From Verrucomicrobiota bacterium (GTDB taxonomy: Bacteria; Verrucomicrobiota; Verrucomicrobiia; Chthoniobacterales; UBA10450): a stretch of DNA of 64,000 nucleotides. The notes beneath the pieces were generated by a model that searched no databases, had not been told where the DNA came from, and worked only from the letters and a program-made list of their open reading frames with translations. Below, in pieces: positions 37,144 through 44,177 of the stretch (its first letter is position 1; the number at the start of each line of letters is the position of its first letter). Where the stretch lies: contig JBEEHV010000005.1 in assembly GCA_041167585.1 (NCBI GenBank), positions 13,883 to 77,882 on the forward strand, in the 5' to 3' direction. A program made the translations under genes and the position numbers.

Positions 37144-37210
37144 ATCTAACGAGACACAAGATGAGCGACTCCGAAAGCTTTCGGAGTTCGCTGCATCGCC
37201 TGGTTAGGCC
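37144..37210 (-). repeat. attC site (67 bp, short form)
   Basis: Minus-strand read: GCCTAAC-CAGGCGATGCAGCGAACTCCGAAAGC/GCTTTCGGAGTCGCTCATCTTGTGTCTC-GTTAGAT. It is a near-perfect hairpin with a single unpaired A in GCGA[A]CTCC. Confidence 0.75.
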
Positions 37211-37311
37211 TTGTTGTCGCCATCATCTGCTCGACCCCAGCGCCACGTTGCGGTTGCCTTCGTCCGAGTGGTTGGCCGCGCTCCTCCGCCAGCGGCATGC
37301 GGACCTTCATG

Positions 37312-37722
37312 TCACGGCGAGGCCGGCGGCAGGAACTTGTTCATCTTCTGCGCCACCTCCATCGACCCGCCGACCTTGAGCTTACGGGTCAGGAACGCCT
37401 TGGCGCCGTTGAGATCGCCGTTGGCGAGTTGGACGAAGTCGGCCCCCTTCATCTTGTACGTCACCGTCGGAGCCGCCGCGGCGCCCGGCTGGACGGCGAT
37501 GTTGCCGTCGGCGATCGTCACCGTCCAGGTGCCGGCGCCTTCCAGGTCGTACACGACGGTCGCGTGCACGCCTCTCGCCTGTGCCGGGATGAAGCGGGCC
37601 TTGATCGTATCGAAGTATTCCTGGCAGCTCTCGATGCGTCGCATCTTCGGACTAGCGGCACAGCAAAGGCTGGCCACGGCGACGGAGATGAGCAGTGCGA
37701 GTAGGGTTGTTGTTCTTGTCAT
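37312..37722 (-). CDS. cassette ORF: secreted SCP2 sterol/lipid-binding domain protein
   Basis: Signal peptide: MTRTTTLLALLISVAVASLCCAAS. SCP2 C-terminal pattern: ADFVQLANGDLNGAKAFLTRKLKVGGSMEVAQKMNKF. Confidence 0.8.
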   Translation of the reverse strand: MTRTTTLLALLISVAVASLCCAASPKMRRIESCQEYFDTIKARFIPAQARGVHATVVYDLEGAGTWTVTIADGNIAVQPGAAAAPTVTYKMKGADFVQLANGDLNGAKAFLTRKLKVGGSMEVAQKMNKFLPPASP

Positions 37723-37805
37723 GACGAGTATCCAGCGCCTGGGATTACGAGCCGGTCAAGTCGCGAAAACACGTAAATTCCTGATCGTGCGACATCTGGC
37801 TATCG

Positions 37806-37941
37806 ACCTAACGAGAATGGAACGGACTGGCAAGCCGTGACATAGACTTCAAGCCCGCAGGGTAAACGAGTCGCGCGAGTGCATCAACAAGATCAGCGAC
37901 TCAGAAAGCTTTGGGAGTTCGCTGCATCGCCTGGTTAGGTC
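37806..37941 (-). repeat. attC site (long form, about 136 bp, with an internal degenerate R'-like box at about 37862)
   Basis: Minus-strand read: ACCTAAC-CAGGCGATGCAGCGAACTCCCAAAGCTTTCTGAGTCGCTGATCTTGTTGATG...CTCGTTTACC...GTCCGTTCCATTCTC-GTTAGGT. Confidence 0.65.
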
Positions 37942-38566
37942 TTTGTGGCTCTACGCGATGTGTCAACCACATGAACAACTCGCGAGGCTCGTAGCTAAAT
38001 CGTATCGAAATAGATGGTGCTGTCCATTCACGCACAATGTGCGGCGAGCGACCAGTCTCGGTGTACGTCGGCTTGATTCTGTGATCCGCAAACCAGTCAT
38101 TCACTCGTTGCGTAAGTTCTGGGTGATCTTTGCTCGCGGTGTAAACGATCTCTTCAGATACGAGCCGATCGCGGCGCAGCCACTGTTCGTACTCTATGCT
38201 CCTCGGGCGTGCGAGGACTGGATACGAGACAAGAAGTGGTGTGAACGGCTGCCGAAAGCTTCGCATATCCGAAGATCGCCTGCTCCATGTCGCGCTGTCG
38301 CTGTGATATCGAAAGCGACAGGTGGTGCACGTGGGTAGAACTGTCGGAGAGCCCGGTTCGATTTCGCAGCCGCCGAGAATGAAATCAAGATTCTTAACGT
38401 GGCGCTCGATCTCTTTGGGATCCATCACGGACAAGCCGTAGTGAATCGGAACGTCTTTGAGAGTGGCATGCCCGTTCGGGCATCGTTTGAGGTCGGCGCT
38501 CTTGACCTCAGCCGAGGCAATAATCGGAAGGAGCAGGAGTAATGGGGCAAGTGCGCTGCGCATCAT
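37901..38566 (-). CDS. cassette ORF: secreted hypothetical protein (221 aa); last 12 codons lie inside the attC
   Basis: Signal peptide: MMRSALAPLLLLLPIIASA. The C-terminal ...RPNQAMQRTPKAF is the translation of CCTAACCAGGCGATGCAGCGAACTCCCAAAGCTTTCTGA. Confidence 0.7.
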   Translation of the reverse strand: MMRSALAPLLLLLPIIASAEVKSADLKRCPNGHATLKDVPIHYGLSVMDPKEIERHVKNLDFILGGCEIEPGSPTVLPTCTTCRFRYHSDSATWSRRSSDMRSFRQPFTPLLVSYPVLARPRSIEYEQWLRRDRLVSEEIVYTASKDHPELTQRVNDWFADHRIKPTYTETGRSPHIVREWTAPSISIRFSYEPRELFMWLTHRVEPQRPNQAMQRTPKAF

Positions 38567-38568
38567 AG

Positions 38569-38601
38569 ACCTAACGATAATAAGATGAGCATGGTTAGAC
38601 C
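38569..38601 (-). repeat. attC remnant (33 bp; both core boxes, centre deleted)
   Basis: Plus-strand read: ACCTAACGATAATAAGATGAGC|ATGGTTAGACC. It sits between the stop of 38604..38942 and the start of 37901..38566. Confidence 0.5.
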
Positions 38602-38603
38602 TC

Positions 38604-38942
38604 TCACCTAAAATTTTCCAAAAAGCCGTCGATGCCGCCGGAGATCAGAAACCAAACTTTGATGACTTTGCCGTTGCGGAGGCGAACTTCATATACGTCA
38701 TATCTCTTCTTGCCGGGCGGAACTACTAGCGCTTGGCTGAGAACCTTCGACTTCGGATATTTCTGCGCGATCCAAGCGTAGGCGGATTGCTCGACCCCAA
38801 CGACTAGAACTGCCTTTTCAGGGGAGCTGCCGTCACCACCATAGTAGCCCGGTTTAGTGTTGCTATAGTCGGGTCCGCTGTCAGCCCTTGCGCAGCCGAT
38901 CGCGGAGCAACAAATCAACGCAAGAATGAGTAGTGTGCGCAT
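38604..38942 (-). CDS. cassette ORF: small lipoprotein (112 aa)
   Basis: ATG at 38942 gives MRTLLILALICCSAIGCA, a lipobox-type signal. The upstream TTG-extended part of the ORF is the translated attC. Confidence 0.7.
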   Translation of the reverse strand: MRTLLILALICCSAIGCARADSGPDYSNTKPGYYGGDGSSPEKAVLVVGVEQSAYAWIAQKYPKSKVLSQALVVPPGKKRYDVYEVRLRNGKVIKVWFLISGGIDGFLENFR

Positions 38943-38944
38943 AG

Positions 38945-39105
38945 GTCTAACGAGACCAAGACGAGCGACGGCTGGCGGGGGCGTGCTTTCGCTTCGGTTT
39001 TCTACTTTCAATTTTCACATTTCGCCTTCCACTGATGCCAGTCCTTTGCTGTCCTTTGGCCCGCTCAGGACCTTGAGCAATCGAAACGGCATCGCTTGGT
39101 CGGTC
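38945..39105 (-). repeat. attC-like site, long and degenerate at the R'' end
   Basis: The R' end GTCTAACGAGACCAAGACGAGCGACGGC (plus-strand read) is typical. The other end reads GCATCGCTTGGTCGGTC instead of GCATCGCCTGGTTAGGTC. Confidence 0.45.
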
Positions 39106-39120
39106 CCTTTCGCGCAGCCG

Positions 39121-39576
39121 TTATCTGTCGCGAAACCCCATGATGCTAGGGCCAGCCTTCTCCATCCCGTTGTCGTTGCCTAGCGTGGACCCTCGGCCAG
39201 TGAAATTGATCGGTATGTTGTAAAAAGGTCCTGGTCGGCCTGGTCTTGCGCGCCATTCTCGTAAGGCCTCGACGCTGGCATGATCAAGTATCTTGCTGCC
39301 CGAAGTGTCTGCCAGCTCGACTCGAGCGACCGTCCCGTCCGCGTTTAGAGTCACACGGCAGACGGCCCGCCCTTCGATGCGCCTCGACCCGGTGCTCGTG
39401 CGCACCCAAGCGTCTATAGGGTAGCGGGGCGGCGGCATGTAGGTAAACACATCGCTAAGGCGCTTCAAGGTATCAGCTGGAGCGGTTGCCACGATAATGA
39501 GCAGCATGAGAGAGATGACGGCCCGCTGCAAATGGCCCCATTTGGAATGTATCGCGTGTTTGGTGGCGTCTTGCAT
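39121..39576 (-). CDS. cassette ORF: TonB C-terminal-domain-like protein with N-terminal anchor
   Basis: ATG 39576 (MQDATKHAIH..AVISLMLLIIVA). C-terminal YPIDAWVRT..GRAVCRVTLNADGTVARVELADTSGSKILDHASVEALREWRARP resembles TonB_C. Confidence 0.65.
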   Translation of the reverse strand: MQDATKHAIHSKWGHLQRAVISLMLLIIVATAPADTLKRLSDVFTYMPPPRYPIDAWVRTSTGSRRIEGRAVCRVTLNADGTVARVELADTSGSKILDHASVEALREWRARPGRPGPFYNIPINFTGRGSTLGNDNGMEKAGPSIMGFRDR

Positions 39577-39578
39577 AA

Positions 39579-39628
39579 GCCTAACTACAATTAGACGAAA
39601 CGAAGTTTCGTCTACTTCGGCGTTGTTC
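39579..39628 (-). repeat. proximal short attC-like site / R' box of the first cassette of array A
   Basis: Plus-strand read: GCCTAAC-TACAAT-TAGACGAAAC-GAA-GTTTCGTCTA-CTTCGGC-GTTGTTC. The R' box and a 10-bp stem are clear; the partner box GTTGTTC is poor. Confidence 0.4.
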
Positions 39629-39747
39629 GACGGAAGTGCTCTGGTAAAGCGAAAGGGGAACCATTGCCCATTCGTAACCGCAGCTCTCCAGGGTCGGCAA
39701 GCCCAAACTCCTCGATCGGGTGCGCGCACGATTAGCAGCCGCGACCC

Positions 39748-40398
39748 TCACAGCTCGATAAGATGGTGGCGGATGGCGTACCGAACCAGGCCCGCCATCG
39801 ACTTCGCGCCTAGCTTGCGCATGAGCGTGGCCCGATGAGTTTCCACTGTGCGAATTTTCAGGCGAAGCGCCGCGGCCACCTCTTTGTTGCTGCTGCCTTG
39901 AGCGAGCAGGCGCACGATTTCCCGTTCGCGCGTGGTCAGCCTTAGGTCAGCCCGGCTCTGTTGTTTTCGGGCGGGCTGCAGGAATTTTGTGAAAAGCACG
40001 TCTGATGCTTCGGCGGTGAAGAAAGGCTTGTGTTCCGCTAACGACTTGATGGCAGTAATCAGATGCCGGTTGGCGTCAGTCTTTTCAATGTAGCTCTTGG
40101 CGCCTGCTTCAAATACTTCCTCGACCAGGTCCTTCGCGCTATGGCCGCTGAACGCCAGGACTTCCGTGTTCGGGAGCTCTTTTCTGATCTGGCCGATCGC
40201 GGCTAGTCCATCCAGTCCCGGCATCGTGAGATCAAACACCACCACATCGGGCTTCGTTTTGAGGGCGCGCTCGACTGCTTCATGTCCGTTCGTGGCCACA
40301 CCGCAAACTTCGAGATCGGGTTGACGTGCGATCAAGGCGCGGACTCCCTCCACCACCACATCATGATCGTCCGCGATTAATACTCTTACTGCCCGCAT
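39748..40398 (-). CDS. NarL/LuxR-family response regulator (orphan; paralog of 27697..28380)
   Basis: REC: VLIADDHDVVVEGV, VVVFDLTMPGLDG. HTH: LTTREREIVRLLAQGSSNKEVAAALRLKIRTVETHR. Confidence 0.9.
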   Translation of the reverse strand: MRAVRVLIADDHDVVVEGVRALIARQPDLEVCGVATNGHEAVERALKTKPDVVVFDLTMPGLDGLAAIGQIRKELPNTEVLAFSGHSAKDLVEEVFEAGAKSYIEKTDANRHLITAIKSLAEHKPFFTAEASDVLFTKFLQPARKQQSRADLRLTTREREIVRLLAQGSSNKEVAAALRLKIRTVETHRATLMRKLGAKSMAGLVRYAIRHHLIEL

Positions 40399-40506
40399 CT
40401 TGAAAATTGAATCTACCTGAGTCCATGCTGGCTAAGGGTTGGGGTGAAATTCTGGATTCCTGCCAGGTGCTGCGGACGTTCTTGGTTCGCCATTAACTTG
40501 AAGCGG

Positions 40507-40773
40507 TCATCCCTGAGCATGAGCCAGGCGCAGGGCCATAAGAGGTGAGGTTACGGGCGGCAATTCCAGCATGGTCACTCTCGCTTCTACCCCTTCGAGC
40601 CACGCATAGCAGCGCCGGGCCGCGACGAAGCCGAAGAGGTCGAACACTTCGACCACGCCCTCCCACAACTCCTCGCCGAAAATCTCGCACACCGCCGCCG
40701 AGCGGATGTGCTCGGCGCGACATTGGTAATTGAGTTCGACGGCCTCTTTAAGATCTTCCAAGGGCTGATTCAT
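40507..40773 (-). CDS. small conserved-looking hypothetical protein (88 aa)
   Basis: ATG start with balanced composition. It lies between the FN3 gene and the LuxR regulator on the same strand. No motif was recognised. Confidence 0.55.
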   Translation of the reverse strand: MNQPLEDLKEAVELNYQCRAEHIRSAAVCEIFGEELWEGVVEVFDLFGFVAARRCYAWLEGVEARVTMLELPPVTSPLMALRLAHAQG

Positions 40774-40847
40774 CAGGTCCGGTTTCGGAGAGGGAGAGGA
40801 CGGCGGCTTACCCCAGAATTCTGGCCGCCGTCCCCGTTTTTTCGCAG

Positions 40848-41789
40848 CTACGCAGTGAAAGTCGATTTGTTGCTCGCCGGGCCTTCGCCGCGCGAGTTAA
40901 CGCCCACCACCCACACCATGTAAGTCACCCCAGGCGTGAGCGGAGCAAGACCCACCACCGAGACTGTGGTCGTGGTGGAGACACCGGCGTCCGTCTCGGG
41001 CCCGCCGGCCGGTTGACGCTTGGCGCGAAGGAAAGTGGCGTGCGCGGGCATGGCCGGAATGGTCAGCTCTCGCGTCCCGGCATTGAAGGGTGCGGCGCCA
41101 GGCGCATCGGGCAGCGGCTGCGGTTGCGCGTCGCCCGGGGCGCGTTTCGGTTGCATGTTGATCTTGGCCAGTTCCAGGGTCCGCTCGCCGTCGTCACTGG
41201 CGCTGCAATAGAACAGCCGCACCCGTGAGTTGGCGTCCTCCAGCTTCTCGCGCGAATCGTCCCGAGCCTGGATGAGCGTCTGTCGACTTCCGCCGGTGGC
41301 CAGCAGCGAGGCGGCGTCGAATACGGCCAGCCAGTTCGCGATCCGCCCGGCCAATGAGGCCGGATACTTGCCGGCAGTGGGAACACTCGGGTCGGCCGTG
41401 GCGCTGGCGGCGAGATTCGCGAGCGATTCCGTGCGGGTAATATCGAGATCGCCGATCTTGCCGCCCGTCCAGCCGTAGGCCGTGTAAGCCTGAAGGCGCT
41501 CGGCGTCGGTGATATCGTCGCTGGCTACGGCGCCGATGGCGTTGAACCCGTTGCGGAGGAGCTCGCCCAGCCGCTCGAGCGCTTGCTTGCGTTGCTCCGA
41601 CGCGCCCACGGTAGCGCCCTCCATAATGGTCGCGGCCGCGTTTTTGCCTTTGGTATCGGCCAGCCGGGTCGTGACCAGCGGGTTGAGGGTGGCGCTGAGT
41701 TTGAAGGGATCAGCGGCCGTGCGGGCCGTGTCTACCTGGAGAATGAGTTCTGCCGTTTCGATAGCTTCGAGGGTTCTGCGATCTGCCAT
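40848..41789 (-). CDS. hypothetical protein with helical N-terminal region and C-terminal fibronectin type III-like domain
   Basis: The last roughly 90 aa (LTIPAMPAHATFLRAKRQ...VSVVGLAPLTPGVTYMVWVVGVNSRGEGPAS) fit an FN3 beta-sandwich. There is no signal peptide. Confidence 0.7.
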   Translation of the reverse strand: MADRRTLEAIETAELILQVDTARTAADPFKLSATLNPLVTTRLADTKGKNAAATIMEGATVGASEQRKQALERLGELLRNGFNAIGAVASDDITDAERLQAYTAYGWTGGKIGDLDITRTESLANLAASATADPSVPTAGKYPASLAGRIANWLAVFDAASLLATGGSRQTLIQARDDSREKLEDANSRVRLFYCSASDDGERTLELAKINMQPKRAPGDAQPQPLPDAPGAAPFNAGTRELTIPAMPAHATFLRAKRQPAGGPETDAGVSTTTTVSVVGLAPLTPGVTYMVWVVGVNSRGEGPASNKSTFTA

Positions 41790-42057
41790 GTGATAATCCT
41801 TTCTGGGATTGTTTGGGGTTAGGGGTGCGTTGAGGGGCTCTACTGGTAACTACGATGTCTGCCCGGCTAAGTTGGGAAATTTTTTCGCGGCCACTCTTGA
41901 GCCCCACGGATGCCGACGCGATCGGCGCCGCTGCTGGAATGATGACGCAGCTGCTTTTTCCCCAATCCGCTGCTGCTGGAAAAAGAAAACAACTGGCGTG
42001 AACCCTTCCTCGTTCCACTCCCGCCAGCCCCGCGCTGCGGCGCTACGTTGGGCGCGT

Positions 42058-42483
42058 TCCTGGAACGATCTGCGCGCTCCAGTTTCGCGCGATGCTCTTT
42101 CCTGACGCGAGACCAGGGGTCGCGCAGGGAGTCGTCCGCGCTCCTGCAATTACGTCCCAGCTTCGTCAAGACGCGCGGGTTGCTGCACTCCGGACATCCG
42201 GGAATGCGTCCGACGATTTACCGCGCCGATTCTGGATGTCAGGAAAGGAGCAAAACCTTTTCCCCGGCCGAGTCTGGACGTCCGGAAACCGGCCGGGAAA
42301 CTTCCCGCGGCGACTCCAGACGTGCCGACAGGAGTACCGGATTTTCGTTTCCGCGTTCCTGATATCGATACAGGAGCAAAACTTTCCCCCGCGCCAGTCT
42401 CGGACGTCAGTGCAGGAGCACGGAACGTTGTCTGGCGACCATCCACGAGGGAAAACCGCCTTTTTACGTTAGACGTTACCTAT
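42058..42483. repeat. array of about 10 degenerate tandem units with 42-bp phasing, each headed by a TCYGGA-YR-TCMGGA box
   Basis: Box starts: 42058, 42100, 42142, 42189, 42231, 42273, 42315, 42357, 42398, 42442. Spacings: 42, 42, 47, 42, 42, 42, 42, 41, 44. Best boxes: TCCGGACATCCGGG, TCTGGATGTCAGGA, TCTGGACGTCCGGA. An inner AGGAGCAAAAC..TTTCCCC motif recurs. Confidence 0.75.
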
Positions 42484-42813
42484 TTATCGCCTCGCGCTGG
42501 CTCCCATCAAACGTTCCCAGTCCCCGAGGTCGCCGCCATATCCGAGATCGCAGGCTTTCTGCCACGTAAAACGAGCCTCGCGCTCGTGTCGTTTTCCACT
42601 TTTGGTGTCGGGCATGTTCCGGTATTGCCGGCGGGCGATGAAGATATGGACTGCCAGCGGGTCGTGCTCCGCTCGCATTTCCTCGACCACTCGTTCCACC
42701 TCGTTGATCGCCGCGGTAAGCCGGTCCAGGGCGTTTTCGAGCTGATTGGAACGCATTGTGTTCAGTTGAACATCTGCTAGTTTGGAAGTCAATTTGGTCT
42801 GCGCATTGCCCAT
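42484..42813 (-). CDS. hypothetical protein (109 aa; alternative start 42756)
   Basis: ATG 42813 (MGNAQTKLTS...) or ATG 42756 (MRSNQLENALDRL...). It has a coiled N-terminus and then RFTWQKACDLGYGGDLGDWERLM. It is divergent from the 42840 operon. The upstream part of the ORF is Cys/Leu-rich and was rejected. Confidence 0.5.
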   Translation of the reverse strand: MGNAQTKLTSKLADVQLNTMRSNQLENALDRLTAAINEVERVVEEMRAEHDPLAVHIFIARRQYRNMPDTKSGKRHEREARFTWQKACDLGYGGDLGDWERLMGASARR

Positions 42814-42839
42814 CACCGGAGATGGGCATACAGAAACAT

Positions 42840-43037
42840 ATGGCAAAAGACACAGGCAAAGGATCACGCAAAGGGGCGGTGAAAGCCCGCACGCAATCGA
42901 ACAACCCGAAGACAAAAGACTGGACCAAACGGAACGAAACGCCCGGCAGCAAAAAGCGCGGCGAGTTCATGAACGTGAAGAAAGACGGCAAGCCCTTCAA
43001 AGGCGTCGCTAAAGAGCCGGATAAACGGAGAAAATGA
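42840..43037 (+). CDS. small basic protein (65 aa), first gene of the TIR-like operon
   Basis: MAKDTGKGSRKGAVKARTQSNNPKTKDWTKRNETPGSKKRGEFMNVKKDGKPFKGVAKEPDKRRK. The stop is 1 nt before the next ATG. It resembles a widespread small K/G-rich protein type, from memory and unverified. Confidence 0.55.
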   Translation: MAKDTGKGSRKGAVKARTQSNNPKTKDWTKRNETPGSKKRGEFMNVKKDGKPFKGVAKEPDKRRK

Positions 43038-43038
43038 T

Positions 43039-44151
43039 ATGGCGAAGAAACCCGAAAAAGAACCCTCAAAACGTCGTAACTTTCCGTTCCACACACTGGA
43101 AGACGCGTTACCCGTCGCGCAAAAGGTCGCCGACGAAAGGGGTGGTCAACCATTCAAACGCCTTTTGCTTTCCGATGCTCTCGGAATCAAGCCAAGCAGC
43201 AGCAACTATCGCGATTTGCTAAGTTCCTCTTTCAAATACGGTCTGACCGACGGTACTGAAAAAGCCTCAGAGATTCTTCTTACTGAGCTTGGCGCACGAG
43301 CGACGCAAACAACATCGCCGACCGACCGGATGAAGGCTTTACGTGAGGCCGCAATAAAGCCCGACGTCTTCAAACGGTTCTATACCGCATATCGAGAGCG
43401 GAAGTTGCCCTCGACGGAAATGTTCCCGAAGATCCTCAACGCCGATTTTGGAGTGCCGTTGGAGCATGCAGGCGAGTGCGCCCGTTTCATAGAGCAGAAC
43501 GGTAGATTCGTTCAGATCGTCCGCGATATCGGCGGGTCTCCCCATGTCCTGTTAGATTTGGAAGCCGTTACAGACACCACTACTCAATCAAACGGGAAAG
43601 AAGACGAGCCGGAGGTGATGCCGGATACGCCTCCCCTTGATGCTGATGTTCCGCACCCCCCAGCCCCAGGCGCGTCACCATCCACACCGCCCCCACCGGA
43701 AAATGACAGTGCTCCGAAGCCGATTTTCATTGGACACGGGAAAGACAAGGTGCCCCTCCAAAAGCTTCAGGCGATTCTCACCACCTTCCGCATTCCGCAC
43801 CGAGTGACTGTAGATGAAGCGAACCTCGGCCGGCCTATCTCGCAGAAGGTGAAAGACACGATGATGCAATGCGGGTCGGCCATACTCATTTTCACCCGCG
43901 ATGAGAGATTTTTTGACGAGAATCAGCAAGAAATCTGGCGTCCCTCAGAGAATGTTGTCCACGAGCTTGGAGCGGCTTCATTCGCTTACGGAGATCGGAT
44001 AATGATTTTCAAAGAGAAGGGGCTGCATTTTCCCACGAACTTCCAGAACATCGGTTACATCGAATTCGAAGGACAAAACCTCGAGTCAAAGACCGCAGAC
44101 CTGTTGAAAGAGCTTATTGGTTTCGGCCTTGTAAAAATCACACCGGCTTAA
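43039..44151 (+). CDS. two-domain protein: uncharacterised helical (wHTH-like) N-domain, Pro-rich linker, C-terminal TIR-like nucleotide-binding domain (CAP12/Pycsar-effector, COG4271-type)
   Basis: The C-terminal 140 aa are PIFIGHGKDKVPLQKLQAILTTF...GSAILIFTRDE...RPSENVVHELGAASFAYGDRIMIFKEKGLHFPTNFQNIGYIEFE. This follows the FIxHGxD / hydrophobic-T.DD / R.NVxxELG / G..Y pattern of bacterial TIR-like effector domains. GGAG lies 9 nt upstream of the ATG. Confidence 0.8.
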   Translation: MAKKPEKEPSKRRNFPFHTLEDALPVAQKVADERGGQPFKRLLLSDALGIKPSSSNYRDLLSSSFKYGLTDGTEKASEILLTELGARATQTTSPTDRMKALREAAIKPDVFKRFYTAYRERKLPSTEMFPKILNADFGVPLEHAGECARFIEQNGRFVQIVRDIGGSPHVLLDLEAVTDTTTQSNGKEDEPEVMPDTPPLDADVPHPPAPGASPSTPPPPENDSAPKPIFIGHGKDKVPLQKLQAILTTFRIPHRVTVDEANLGRPISQKVKDTMMQCGSAILIFTRDERFFDENQQEIWRPSENVVHELGAASFAYGDRIMIFKEKGLHFPTNFQNIGYIEFEGQNLESKTADLLKELIGFGLVKITPA

Positions 44152-44177
44152 CCCGGTCTCCTCAATAGCCCCGCCCA

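Larger units (their letters stand above)
36235..39628 (-). mobile_element. integron-type gene-cassette array A: 5 minus-strand cassettes and 6 attC-like sites, no intI in window (CALIN-like)
   Basis: Short unrelated same-strand ORFs are each flanked by imperfect palindromes bounded by RYYYAAC ... GTTRRRY with the conserved arms CAGGCGATGCAGCGAAC / GTCGCTCATCTTGT.CTC. See the individual sites. Confidence 0.7.

Noticed and set aside
38943-39011. TTG-initiated N-terminal extensions of cassette ORFs (MKVENRSESTPPPAVARLGLVRP at 39011; MFSLDVTATR at 46493; MTPFFPSLGRPFLVRP at 47776)
   Set aside because: These segments are translations of the attC palindromes. In-frame ATGs just downstream of the R' box give proper signal-peptide or lipoprotein N-termini.
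40798-40844. GC-rich hairpin GGACGGCGGC...GCCGCCGTCC followed by CCGTTTTTTCG (intrinsic-terminator shape)
   Set aside because: The T-run follows the stem only on the plus strand, while both flanking genes are minus-strand. On the minus strand the stem is followed by CTCTCCCTCTCC. It may terminate an unannotated antisense transcript, but I cannot support that.
42058-42483. 42-bp repeat array considered as a CRISPR array
   Set aside because: The units are contiguous and degenerate with no unique spacers between conserved repeats. The period is too short for repeat plus spacer, and no cas genes or leader are present.
42048-42780. ORFs 42048..42362, 42092..42472 and 42322..42780 (plus) and 42150..42446 (minus) as a 14-residue-repeat protein
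   Set aside because: Several frames are open simply because the unit lacks stops. Unit lengths of 41, 44 and 47 bp break the frame, and no frame spans the array with a credible start. This was not fully excluded.
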